Positions 20,101 to 29,501 of a stretch of 55,725 bases of DNA are shown in pieces. Positions within the stretch are counted from its first letter, which is position 1, and each line of letters starts with the position of its first letter. Origin of the DNA: a virus (taxonomy: Duplodnaviria; Caudoviricetes). Location of the stretch: positions 1 to 55,725 of IMG/VR virus record IMGVR_UViG_3300040808_001540; one strand, written 5' to 3'. A program made the position numbers and the translations under genes. Under the pieces are notes generated by a model. It made no database searches, had not been told where the DNA came from, and worked only from the letters and a program-made list of their open reading frames with translations.

Positions 20101-20481
20101 ATGAGTACTAATGTATACACAACAGTAGGTGAATCAGCAAATAATAGTGCAGATAAAACACTAGATTTTTTTAATAGTTTTAATAAGCAAGAAATAAATT
20201 TAAAGTCTAGTGATGTAACTGCGTTTGTTGATCTATTAACAAGAAAAGGTATGGCGCCTGAAACTGCAAAACAATCAACTAATATTATTTTAAAGCAGTG
20301 TAACATTGATGAAATTGATCCGATGACAATTTATGAGGAACTTAGACAAACTTCAAACATGCAATTAACAGATACACTTGGAGAAATTTTAAATATCAAT
20401 AGGCCAAAGTCAAGCACGTTAGGAACTGCAAAAGAAAAAGTTGACAACAGTGCTAAAAGAAATATCATCGATGGGGCATAA
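20101..20481 (+). CDS. Hypothetical protein (probably virion/baseplate associated)
   Basis: 126-aa ORF tightly packed in the structural operon; no motif recognised. Confidence 0.6.
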   Translation: MSTNVYTTVGESANNSADKTLDFFNSFNKQEINLKSSDVTAFVDLLTRKGMAPETAKQSTNIILKQCNIDEIDPMTIYEELRQTSNMQLTDTLGEILNINRPKSSTLGTAKEKVDNSAKRNIIDGA

Positions 20482-20483
20482 AC

Positions 20484-20921
20484 ATGGCTATGAAATTTGC
20501 CCAAGGCAGATACGATCTTAAAAATCCAGACAAATATATAGGAACAAAAACACCTATGTATAGAAGCAGTTGGGAATGGCACTTTATGAAATTGTGTGAC
20601 GAACATCCTGCTATTGCTAAATGGGCCAGTGAGTCAATTAAAATTCCTTATAGAGATCCGCTTACAGGAAAATATACAATTTATGTTCCAGACTTTTTTA
20701 TTGTGTACAGTAATAAAAAAGGAAAAACAAAAGCAGAAATAATTGAAATTAAACCTCAGAATCAAACTGTAAGAGAAAATGTTGGTAAGAATACATACAA
20801 TCAAGCACAGTTTATAAAAAACAAAGCAAAATGGGAAGCGGCAAATGCTTATGCTAAACAGCATGGTATATTTTTTAGGATTGTAACAGAAAAAGATTTG
20901 TTCCATCAAGGGAAAAGATAA
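20484..20921 (+). CDS. gp4: Head completion nuclease (gp4, TnsA-like)
   Basis: KNPDKYIG....YRSSWE..FM..CD, WASE...IPY, YVPDF, IEIKP, NKAKWEAA, F.IVTE. Confidence 0.9.
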   Translation: MAMKFAQGRYDLKNPDKYIGTKTPMYRSSWEWHFMKLCDEHPAIAKWASESIKIPYRDPLTGKYTIYVPDFFIVYSNKKGKTKAEIIEIKPQNQTVRENVGKNTYNQAQFIKNKAKWEAANAYAKQHGIFFRIVTEKDLFHQGKR

Positions 20922-20929
20922 GTACTATT

Positions 20930-21424
20930 ATGACGAAGAAATTAGAAGAATTACTTGATCTCCCAGAAGTTAAAGAAACTATGGAACAAGTAGAAGAACC
21001 AAAACAAGAAGTAGTTGATACTCCAAAACAAGCCAAGCAGATGGAAAGAAGCATTGCAGAGTTTGATAAAATATCAGCGGCGTTGCCTATGGTAAAAGGA
21101 CTTGGAGAATTAGCAGATAAAGAATTAGACGAACTTGCAGATAAAGCAAAAGCAACGTACGAAGATCTAATGGATTTGGGTATGAACGTAGAAAGCCGTT
21201 ATGCAGGCCGTGTTTTTGAAGTTGCTGTAGGCAGTCTTAAAAATGCTATTGATGCTAAGAGTGCTAAACTTGATAAGAAGTTAAAAATGGTTGAATTGCA
21301 ACTTAAAAAGCAACAAATAGACCAAAGAGCAGGTGATACTGCAAATACAGTGGATAGTGAGGGTGTAATCATCGATCGCAACTCACTCATTCAAGAGATT
21401 TTAAACAAGAAAGAAGATAAATAA
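20930..21424 (+). CDS. Probable terminase small subunit (gp16-like)
   Basis: Helical/coiled-coil 164-aa protein with R.FEVA...LK motif reminiscent of gp16 (PRAYEV); upstream of large terminase. Confidence 0.55.
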   Translation: MTKKLEELLDLPEVKETMEQVEEPKQEVVDTPKQAKQMERSIAEFDKISAALPMVKGLGELADKELDELADKAKATYEDLMDLGMNVESRYAGRVFEVAVGSLKNAIDAKSAKLDKKLKMVELQLKKQQIDQRAGDTANTVDSEGVIIDRNSLIQEILNKKEDK

Positions 21425-21445
21425 CTATACATATTAGGAGTAACC

Positions 21446-21943
21446 ATGGATTTTAAAAAGTATCTAGCAGAAGCGAATAAACAATACGATTTTGTCATTA
21501 AAGTAGCGGGCGAACTACCTGAAGGCTTTGAAGATAAGATGGAAACTGCTTTGAAAAAATATGAAATTGCAAATCTTACAGCAGGTAAGAAAACTCCTAT
21601 TCAGAGTGTACCATTAGACTTTCCACAAATGACTCATACAGAAGTAACTGTGTTTGAAACTACTCTAAATTATCCAACTACACAGGATCAATTAAGACAC
21701 TACATTGCAAACTTTACAAACGTAAGCGTAGAAAATATTAGAGTGCGTAGACCGGGTGAGCCATATGAAGAATATCAAAAAGAGTCAGATGATACTACAT
21801 ATGAATCAAAATTAATGGACGGTGAATACAAATATGATGGTCCAGATGTTAACAAAGACGACTTAGTTGTTACAGAAAAAGGTAAAGAAACATTTTTGCA
21901 AAGTCTTGCTAAAGAAGCAAAAGACAGACAAGCAGGGGAATAA
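21446..21943 (+). CDS. Hypothetical late protein (probable head-associated)
   Basis: ATAAATA (21417-21423) and AGGAG upstream; starts MDFKKYLAE, resembling N-terminal head-targeting sequences of T4-like internal proteins. Confidence 0.55.
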   Translation: MDFKKYLAEANKQYDFVIKVAGELPEGFEDKMETALKKYEIANLTAGKKTPIQSVPLDFPQMTHTEVTVFETTLNYPTTQDQLRHYIANFTNVSVENIRVRRPGEPYEEYQKESDDTTYESKLMDGEYKYDGPDVNKDDLVVTEKGKETFLQSLAKEAKDRQAGE

Positions 21944-21945
21944 TT

Positions 21946-23517
21946 ATGGCTACACGTGAAATGATTGATGTAATGAAAAAATTAAAAGACTTAGGTTATT
22001 ACGATCAAGTCGATGAAGGTAAAAAAGCAAAACCTGATTACATTGACATTGACGGTGACGGCAACAAAAAAGAGCCAATGAAGAAAGCCGTGAAAGATAA
22101 AGAAAAGAAAAAGACTAACGAAGCCAAAGCATGTAATTGCAATGAAGATTGTGCATGTGGCGGTAACTGTGGTCCTAATTGTAATTGTGGACCAGACTGC
22201 GGTAAGTCAGTTAAAGAATCTGTAAACGAAGCAATTACTATTACTGCTGACTCACCAGATGATTTACCTGCACTACAAAGAATTATGAAACTTGCTGGTA
22301 TGGAACCAGTAGGTCAAGACATGATGCCACAAGGCGACACACCAGACATGACTATGAAAGGTGATGACAATATTAATGGCAACTGTGGTTGTGAAGACGA
22401 AGCCGAAGGTTATGCAAATGAGCCTGATGCACATTACAGCACAACAAATGACATCACAAGACTAGCAGGCTTAAATGGTTTAAATGGTTCTAAGAATCCT
22501 AAAGACCTAAGAGTAAAAGATCCTGCATACCATGAAGACGAGCAAACCGAAGAAGGTTATGCTAATTCAATAGGCAAAGAAAAAGAAGAAGAAACATATC
22601 CCGTAGACAGTTTAGAAAAACAATACGGTAAAACAGAAATCAAAAAACTACCTCGTAAGTTTTCTATGCGAGGCGATAATCCACTCGAAGATATCGAAGA
22701 GGCACTACGCCAAGACTACATTACATTTGTTAACGAAAGTGCAGATGTAAAAAAAAAGACTAACCACTCACAAATAAACGAAGGCTTTTTCATCCCAGCA
22801 TTCATATGGGCACTTAGAATTGGTTCTGCGGCCGCATCCATATATGGAACTTATGGCATGATTAAAAAATTAATAAGAATTTATGAAGATGGAAACGGTG
22901 ATTGGTCTGTTTATATCCAAGCACTTCCTTTTACAGAAGAAACTTCGTCAGCAGAGTGTGGAGCATATTACAATGAACATGGTTATGCGAAAGCAGGATG
23001 GTGTAACCTAACTAGTGACGAAGGTGACGGGCCTGATCAGGCCGCGGCGGCAATGATTACAAATTTATATATAGATATTGGCCTTATGTTTGGCGGCGCT
23101 GGCCTTTTCAAACTATCAGGAATGATGATTAAAAAAATAAAAGCCAACAAGCAAGCCGCTAATGAATTAGCCGAAACAGGTAAAAAACTTGTTGAAGAAC
23201 TTAGTAAACAAAACAAAGTACCGGTAATTCAAAATATTGACGAAGTTAAAAAAGTGAATGCAAGTGTATTAAAAGGTATAGCCGCTATTAAAAATGCAGA
23301 TCTTGCAATTGATGTCCAAGGCGGAATGAGAGTTATAACAAACTTAAAAACTGGTGAAAAAATATTCCTAGATCCAAGCAATGCTAAAGTAGCAAATTTA
23401 CTTAAACGTTTACAAAAATTCGACGGGGACACTGATATTACTGCGGCATTTAATACACTTAAAAAATATTCAGATCCAAATGTAACTTCTGGCGGTATTA
23501 TTAAATCGACAAAATAA
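21946..23517 (+). CDS. Putative internal head/core polyprotein (acidic N-half, hydrophobic C-half)
   Basis: Repeated (I/L/V/T)xE sites like T4 prohead-protease sites, PDYIDIDGDG EF-hand-like motif, Cys-rich segment, RIMKLAG motif; sharp composition change after A9G at 22749-22758. Confidence 0.55.
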   Translation: MATREMIDVMKKLKDLGYYDQVDEGKKAKPDYIDIDGDGNKKEPMKKAVKDKEKKKTNEAKACNCNEDCACGGNCGPNCNCGPDCGKSVKESVNEAITITADSPDDLPALQRIMKLAGMEPVGQDMMPQGDTPDMTMKGDDNINGNCGCEDEAEGYANEPDAHYSTTNDITRLAGLNGLNGSKNPKDLRVKDPAYHEDEQTEEGYANSIGKEKEEETYPVDSLEKQYGKTEIKKLPRKFSMRGDNPLEDIEEALRQDYITFVNESADVKKKTNHSQINEGFFIPAFIWALRIGSAAASIYGTYGMIKKLIRIYEDGNGDWSVYIQALPFTEETSSAECGAYYNEHGYAKAGWCNLTSDEGDGPDQAAAAMITNLYIDIGLMFGGAGLFKLSGMMIKKIKANKQAANELAETGKKLVEELSKQNKVPVIQNIDEVKKVNASVLKGIAAIKNADLAIDVQGGMRVITNLKTGEKIFLDPSNAKVANLLKRLQKFDGDTDITAAFNTLKKYSDPNVTSGGIIKSTK

Positions 23518-23691
23518 ATGCGTATACACGAACTAACAGAACGTAAACTTTCTAAGAAAGAAGAAAAGACCAAGGAAAAATACGTTAAAGGTATGAAGAA
23601 AGCAAAGAGTGATTTTAAAGATCGCTATGGCAAAGATGCAGAAGCAGTAATGTACGCTACTGCAACTAAGATGGCTAAGAAAAAAGCCTAA
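23518..23691 (+). CDS. 57-aa basic protein, probable internal head protein (not in ORF track)
   Basis: ATG directly follows the upstream TAA; MRIHELTERKLSKKEEKTKEKYVKGMKKAKSDFKDRYGKDAEAVMYATATKMAKKKA. Confidence 0.7.
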   Translation: MRIHELTERKLSKKEEKTKEKYVKGMKKAKSDFKDRYGKDAEAVMYATATKMAKKKA

Positions 23692-23718
23692 CCACTCAAA
23701 ACTCCACTAAATATTAGT

Positions 23719-25308
23719 ATGGCACAACAAGGAAAAAGTCTTGACGGTGTACTAGTTAAAAAAGCACACTCAAAGACTAGATACACAAAAGAACAAATTG
23801 AAGAACTTACGGCCTGTATGGATCCTACTACAGGTGCTAAATTCTTTATGGATAATTTCTTTTATATTCAACATCCTACTAAAGGCAAGTTGTTGTTTGC
23901 GCCTTTTGAATTCCAAGAGCGTCTTGTAGATTCATATCACAACTATAGATTCAATATTAACATGTTGCCAAGACAGACAGGTAAGTCAACCACGGCGGCA
24001 GGTTATCTACTGTGGTATGCAATGTTTAATCCAGATGTTACCGTACTAATTGCGGCACACAAATATGCAGGTGCTCAAGAGATTATGCATAGAATAAGAT
24101 ATGCATATGAAGATTGTCCTGACCATATACGTTGTGGTGTTGTATCATACAACAAAGGATCGATGGAATTTGATAACGGTTCACGTATTGTGTCACAAAC
24201 AACTACAGACAACACAGGACGTGGTATGTCCATATCACTACTATACTGTGATGAGTTTGCGTTCGTTAACCCAACCATTGCCAAAGAATTCTGGACTGCT
24301 ATTTCACCTACACTAGCAACAGGTGGTAAGGCAATTATTACTTCTACTCCAAACAGTGACGAAGATCAATTTGCACTTATTTGGACAGAAGCAATGAAAC
24401 GATTTGACGAACACGGTAATGATACCGAAGTAGGTATTAATGGATTTTATGCTTTTACTGCACATTGGAGTGAACATCCGGACAGAGATGAACAATGGGC
24501 AACAGAAGAAAAATCACGCATTGGTGAAGAACGTTTTAGACGTGAACACGAGTGTGAATTCTTAATCTTTGACGAAACATTAATCAACAGTGTAAGACTT
24601 GCTGAACTCGAAGGCGAAGAACCTTTGAGAAAAATGGGTCAAACACGGTGGTACAAAGACTGCAACGATAAGATGACTTATGTTGTAAGTATGGACCCAA
24701 GTTTAGGTACAGGAGGTGACTATGCGGCTATTCAAGTTTTCGAATTGCCAACTTTTGAACAGGTAGCAGAGTGGCAACACAATTTAACACCTATACAAGG
24801 ACAAGTACGAATACTTGCTGATATCACAAAAACTATAAAAGAACAATGTGAAGAAGCAACCGGACGCTTGCCACAGGTGTACTACTCAATTGAAAACAAC
24901 GCCATAGGCGAAGCGGCACTTGTTACAGTCAAAGACTACGGTGAAGAAAACATTTACGGTATGTTTTTGAGTGAACCTATTAGAAAAGGGCATGTGCGTA
25001 AATTTAGAAAAGGATTCAATACAACACACAAAACTAAAATGAGTGCTTGTGCTAAGTTCAAGCATTTACTAGAGCAAAGCAAACTTAAGATACGCAGTAA
25101 ACCACTTATAAGCGAATTAAAAGCATACGTAGCACACGGAACAACGTTCGGTGCCAAGACAGGAGAGCATGATGACTTGGTTAGTGCTACACTGTTAAAT
25201 GTACGTATGCAACAGATATTGGCTGATTGGGATCCTGCTATATATGAAAAAATGAAGGATATTAACTCGGAAACAGTGTTACCAATGCCGGTATTCGTTT
25301 CGTTCTAA
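23719..25308 (+). CDS. gp17: Terminase large subunit
   Basis: PRQTGKST Walker A, LLYCDEFAF Walker B, TST motif III, SMDPS and HDDLV nuclease motifs. Confidence 0.97.
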   Translation: MAQQGKSLDGVLVKKAHSKTRYTKEQIEELTACMDPTTGAKFFMDNFFYIQHPTKGKLLFAPFEFQERLVDSYHNYRFNINMLPRQTGKSTTAAGYLLWYAMFNPDVTVLIAAHKYAGAQEIMHRIRYAYEDCPDHIRCGVVSYNKGSMEFDNGSRIVSQTTTDNTGRGMSISLLYCDEFAFVNPTIAKEFWTAISPTLATGGKAIITSTPNSDEDQFALIWTEAMKRFDEHGNDTEVGINGFYAFTAHWSEHPDRDEQWATEEKSRIGEERFRREHECEFLIFDETLINSVRLAELEGEEPLRKMGQTRWYKDCNDKMTYVVSMDPSLGTGGDYAAIQVFELPTFEQVAEWQHNLTPIQGQVRILADITKTIKEQCEEATGRLPQVYYSIENNAIGEAALVTVKDYGEENIYGMFLSEPIRKGHVRKFRKGFNTTHKTKMSACAKFKHLLEQSKLKIRSKPLISELKAYVAHGTTFGAKTGEHDDLVSATLLNVRMQQILADWDPAIYEKMKDINSETVLPMPVFVSF

Positions 25309-25311
25309 TAG

Positions 25312-25319
25312 TATAAATA
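25312..25319 (+). promoter_or_regulatory. T4 late promoter TATAAATA, 5 nt before ATG 25325
   Basis: Exact consensus; no SD between promoter and ATG. Confidence 0.8.
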
Positions 25320-25324
25320 CACAT

Positions 25325-27739
25325 ATGAAAGGTTTAGATTCAATAGCATCATCATTATTTGAGAAGATTCGTTCTCGCTTCCCACGCATAGAAATGGGGG
25401 ACGAAAACGGAGCGCCTACTAGCGAAGATAGCAAGGCACGATTTTTTGACTTTGACTACATTGTTAACGGAGAAAATCAAGGTGCTGTAAGCATAAGCAT
25501 TAAGGATCCAGATACACTTAAACTGTATTACAGCCAAGGAATGCTTGAAAACGCTAATGAAGCAGTTGAAAACGCTTGGTATGCTTTTTTAAAGGAAATG
25601 CGTTTCTTTAGTAAAAAACATATGATGGGGTTTGATGCTAGAGATATTGCAAAAACAAATTTAGATAAAAGAGACTATAAATATCTAGGTAACAAAGTTC
25701 AGGAGTCAGCAATGTATGGAAGTACAAAGTCTAGTTATGAAAACCTAGACAAAACTAAGTTAATTATTAGACACAAAAAAGAAATAAACGCAGAACAAAT
25801 GGGTGCTAGAGCACGTAACATTCAGACGCTGTTTATTGAAAACGAATCAGGCGAAAGATTTAAGTATCCATTCAATCATCTAGCAGGTGCAAGGGCAATG
25901 GCTCGTCACGTTGCTAACGGTGGTATGCCGCATGATGAATTTGGTAAACACATTATTGAAACTTCTGGGAACATTGCAAAACTAACAACTTTCAAAAGAT
26001 ATGTACAACACAAAGACTTTATGAATTCAACATCAAATGATATTATTGAAGGTGCAACAGTTGAATTAGAAAGTTTAAGAAACCATATCAGAAAATTACA
26101 GACACAAACATATTATACACAACAAAAAGAAAACTTTATGCCTTTAGAGGCGGGAACAGAATTGGGAGAAGACATTGTAAATGATCTTACCAATGCATTT
26201 ACTATTCCACAGTTTAATGAAAATTTAACTGACATGTTTCCTTTGCTACATAAGATTCATCAAAAGAGAATTGCTGAAACAACAGTTAATCTCGACGATG
26301 TAATATCCGGAGTAGTAGAAGGTTTTGATCCAGATCATTTTGATGGTGAATTTGATTGGGATGGTGTAGGCGACGATGGCGAAACAACACCATGCACTGT
26401 ATATTATACAGCAACAGTAGTTGATGGTAAGCCTGTTGTACATCCTAAATCAATTGAAATAAGTTGCCAACAAGATAGTAATAGCAAATTAGGTTTTGAC
26501 AAAGACATGGACCTTGAGATGCAAGACATGGATGAACTTATGAACTACGCTCAAGAAGATGCCGAAGAAAGATGGGCAGAGCGTGATAACAAATATGCAC
26601 ACGGCGAAGACATTGATGAATTCGAACAGTGGGCAGACTCAGTAATGAGTGAAACAATAGATAAGCAAAAAGTTGCTTTATTAAATAAAATGATTAACAA
26701 ACATCTGCCAGTAGGGCCAGATGGAACAAACGCAATTAGTAGTCTTGAAGGTATTATCGACGATGAAACATTTAAGAAAGATGTTATTGCACTCGCAGAC
26801 AAAGATGCTGACGCATGTGTAAGACCTTTAATTTATTCTTATGTTAAAAAGAATATGCCTGAAGTGTTAGACGATTTAGATTTTGGTGATCTAAAACAAG
26901 AAGACGACACTACTGATGTAACAATTGACAAAGACGGTGCTATGAAATTAGCAGGTCAAGATGATGGTGTTGAAGATAAAAAAGCATCAACTGAAGATGT
27001 CATTGAGTTTGTTCGCTCATTCTATGATAAAGAAACTGGAGCGTTTCCAAAAGGTGAAACGGGTGTTGTAATCTCCGCTCGTAAGCGTTTTGGTGATTCC
27101 GTAGGGGATCTAGTCGAGCGATTTGTATCCAAACTAACAGGCAAAAAGGTACAAGTCGAAAACGATGATATCGAAGAAGCAATACCGTATATGTACAAGT
27201 TACATAAACAAGGGAAGAGTGCTGAAGAGATTGCTAAAGAATTAGGCATGTCACCCGAAGAAGTAAAACAGGCTATGAAAAAATCAGCACCTGTTGCAGA
27301 AGGCGGTAATGCTTGGGATATGGCACTAGTAGATGCAGAAAAAATTATCGAAAATGCTAGTACTGTTGAAGATGCTGTTGAAGAACTAGAGCATTTAAGA
27401 GATAGCCATAGCGAAAAAGACGCTGATGACAGATATGCTAGATCAATAGTAAATGATTTTATTGAAGACCTAAAAGAAAAAGGTTTAGAAGCAGTACAAC
27501 AAAAGATTAGTACAACGCACGAAGGTACTGAAAAGCAAGAGTTTAGTGATAAGCAGATAAAAATGGCTTATGGTGTACTTAATGATAAACGTTACAAAGG
27601 CGGTAACTATTCAGGTGCAGTTAACACTATTGAAAAAATTGCTAAAGGTTTATCAGATCATCCAGGTGTAAGAAAAGCGTTGAAAAAGACTAACGAAGAT
27701 CTAAACAGAATCATTCATTTAGCCGGAATCAAAAAGTAA
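25325..27739 (+). CDS. Large acidic late protein of unknown function (probable head/core component)
   Basis: 804 aa; mosaic acidic C-half with an HTH-like insert and terminal RIIHLAG motif; late promoter. Confidence 0.55.
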   Translation: MKGLDSIASSLFEKIRSRFPRIEMGDENGAPTSEDSKARFFDFDYIVNGENQGAVSISIKDPDTLKLYYSQGMLENANEAVENAWYAFLKEMRFFSKKHMMGFDARDIAKTNLDKRDYKYLGNKVQESAMYGSTKSSYENLDKTKLIIRHKKEINAEQMGARARNIQTLFIENESGERFKYPFNHLAGARAMARHVANGGMPHDEFGKHIIETSGNIAKLTTFKRYVQHKDFMNSTSNDIIEGATVELESLRNHIRKLQTQTYYTQQKENFMPLEAGTELGEDIVNDLTNAFTIPQFNENLTDMFPLLHKIHQKRIAETTVNLDDVISGVVEGFDPDHFDGEFDWDGVGDDGETTPCTVYYTATVVDGKPVVHPKSIEISCQQDSNSKLGFDKDMDLEMQDMDELMNYAQEDAEERWAERDNKYAHGEDIDEFEQWADSVMSETIDKQKVALLNKMINKHLPVGPDGTNAISSLEGIIDDETFKKDVIALADKDADACVRPLIYSYVKKNMPEVLDDLDFGDLKQEDDTTDVTIDKDGAMKLAGQDDGVEDKKASTEDVIEFVRSFYDKETGAFPKGETGVVISARKRFGDSVGDLVERFVSKLTGKKVQVENDDIEEAIPYMYKLHKQGKSAEEIAKELGMSPEEVKQAMKKSAPVAEGGNAWDMALVDAEKIIENASTVEDAVEELEHLRDSHSEKDADDRYARSIVNDFIEDLKEKGLEAVQQKISTTHEGTEKQEFSDKQIKMAYGVLNDKRYKGGNYSGAVNTIEKIAKGLSDHPGVRKALKKTNEDLNRIIHLAGIKK

Positions 27740-27771
27740 TACCCAAAAAAATCTAATACTTAAATATACGT

Positions 27772-28380
27772 ATGATGTATAAAGTATTTGACGATGTATT
27801 ACCCACTTCTATGCAAGAACACCTTGAACTAACTTTCAAGGATCCAAATTTGGTCTGGATGTGGCAAGACAACACAAGTGGATTCCAAGATTGGGAACTT
27901 GCTTTTATTGCAGATAATCCAGAAATAAAAGAATCACCACAGTTTGTACACACAGTACTAGACCCAACAAAACAAATCACATGTTATACTTGGGAAATGG
28001 TCAAACCAATCTTTTACTTTTTAGAAAAAGAAACAGGTATGCAAATCAAAACTATTGAACGTGTGAAAAGCAATCTTATGATGGCAGATGGCAGTGATCC
28101 AACTAAAGTATACAATCCACCGCATATTGATAGTCCACATGATGAAAGTTTAAGCATGATCTATTATCTACATGACTGTGATGGTGCTACTAGACTGTTC
28201 AAAAATTCCCTTAGACAGGGTATGGGTAATATAGAAGTAGAAACTACTGTGGAACCAAAAAGAGGAAGAATGTTTGTTTTTCCTAGCAACAGATTCCATG
28301 CAAGTTCGAATCCAAGCAGTGCAAACCCACGCAGAATGATTGTCAACTTTGTTTTCACTCCTCAAAAGTCACTTTGGTAA
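27772..28380 (+). CDS. 2OG-Fe(II) oxygenase
   Basis: PHID (HxD), IYYL.DCDG.T, PKRGR..VF....FHAS..P....R..VNF. Confidence 0.8.
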   Translation: MMYKVFDDVLPTSMQEHLELTFKDPNLVWMWQDNTSGFQDWELAFIADNPEIKESPQFVHTVLDPTKQITCYTWEMVKPIFYFLEKETGMQIKTIERVKSNLMMADGSDPTKVYNPPHIDSPHDESLSMIYYLHDCDGATRLFKNSLRQGMGNIEVETTVEPKRGRMFVFPSNRFHASSNPSSANPRRMIVNFVFTPQKSLW

Positions 28381-28399
28381 ACAAAGTTCAAAATCGCTA

Positions 28400-28428
28400 T
28401 TGACTTTTACCTAAAGACTAAATATAAT
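28400..28428 (+). promoter_or_regulatory. Overlapping sigma70 (TTGACT-17-TATAAT) and late (CTAAATA 28418-28424) promoters for gp32
   Basis: Both elements read directly; AAGGAGG SD before ATG 28497. Confidence 0.75.
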
Positions 28429-28496
28429 AGTAGATATGTTGTTAGAAACTATCTACAACAGGCACATAAAGGCAAAACATTAAGGAGGCTTATATT

Positions 28497-29492
28497 ATGG
28501 CAACATTAGCAGAAATCCGTGCAAAACTACGTGAACAAGAAGATCGTAAAGGCGGCGGTAATTCAACAAGCGGCGGCGACAACGCAATTTACCCACATTG
28601 GAATATGGCAGAAGGTAGCGAAGCAGTACTTCGTTTCTTGCCAGACGCAGATCCAGAGAACGTGTTCTTTTGGAAAGAGCGTTTGATGATCAAACTTCCA
28701 TTTGCTGGGATTAAAGGACAAACAGATTCACGTCCTGTTACAGTAAACGTTCCATGCATGGAAATGTATGGAGAGACCTGTCCAGTCCTTTCAGAAGTAC
28801 GTGGTTGGTTTAAAGATCCTTCACTAGAAGATCAAGGACGTAAGTATTGGAAAAAGCGTTCATACATTTTCCAAGGCTTCGTTGCTGACAATCCGATCAG
28901 TGAAGATTCAACTCCAGATAATCCTATTCGTAGGTTTATTATTGGTCCACAAATTTTCCAAATCATTAAAGGTGCTTTGATGGATCCGGAGATGGAAGAA
29001 CTTCCAACAGATTACGCAAGAGGTGTTGACTTTAGAATTAAGAAAACATCAAAAGGTGGTTATGCTGACTACTCAACATCACAATGGTCACGTAGAGAAC
29101 GTGCTTTAACTGATGAAGAAAAAGCGGCAATTGATGCACATGGATTGCATAATCTAAATGATTTCCTTCCTAAGAAACCTTCAGAAGTTGAAGTTAAAGT
29201 CATTCAAGAGATGTTTGAAGCATCTGTTGATGGTGAAGCGTATGATCCAGATCGTTTTGGTCAGTACTTTCGTGCTCCAGGCATGAGTGCTCCAACTGGT
29301 GATCCGAACAAAGCATCTGCTCCGGCAAGTGCTCCAGCAACACCAACTCCAACTCCAGCAAGTGAGCCAGTAGCAGAAACTGTTGCAGAACCTGCACCAG
29401 CACAAACTACTACACCTGCGGCTGAAGATGACAAACCAAGTAGCGAACGTGCTCAAGACATTTTGAATATGATTCGCTCACGTCAATCGTAA
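28497..29492 (+). CDS. gp32: Single-stranded DNA-binding protein
   Basis: LRFLPD, PC..MYGE.CP, G.DF.IKK....GYADY..S.W, Pro/Ala linker and C-terminal tail; upstream of uvsX. Confidence 0.88.
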   Translation: MATLAEIRAKLREQEDRKGGGNSTSGGDNAIYPHWNMAEGSEAVLRFLPDADPENVFFWKERLMIKLPFAGIKGQTDSRPVTVNVPCMEMYGETCPVLSEVRGWFKDPSLEDQGRKYWKKRSYIFQGFVADNPISEDSTPDNPIRRFIIGPQIFQIIKGALMDPEMEELPTDYARGVDFRIKKTSKGGYADYSTSQWSRRERALTDEEKAAIDAHGLHNLNDFLPKKPSEVEVKVIQEMFEASVDGEAYDPDRFGQYFRAPGMSAPTGDPNKASAPASAPATPTPTPASEPVAETVAEPAPAQTTTPAAEDDKPSSERAQDILNMIRSRQS

Positions 29493-29501
29493 GGAGCAAA
29501 C

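Noticed and set aside
25325-27739. Portal protein (gp20) call for the gene after terminase
   Set aside because: No gp20 motifs recognised; the mosaic acidic composition does not fit.
29310-29440. Short repeats (ccaact, gctcc) at the 3' end of gp32
   Set aside because: They encode a Pro/Ala/Thr linker; low complexity, not an array.
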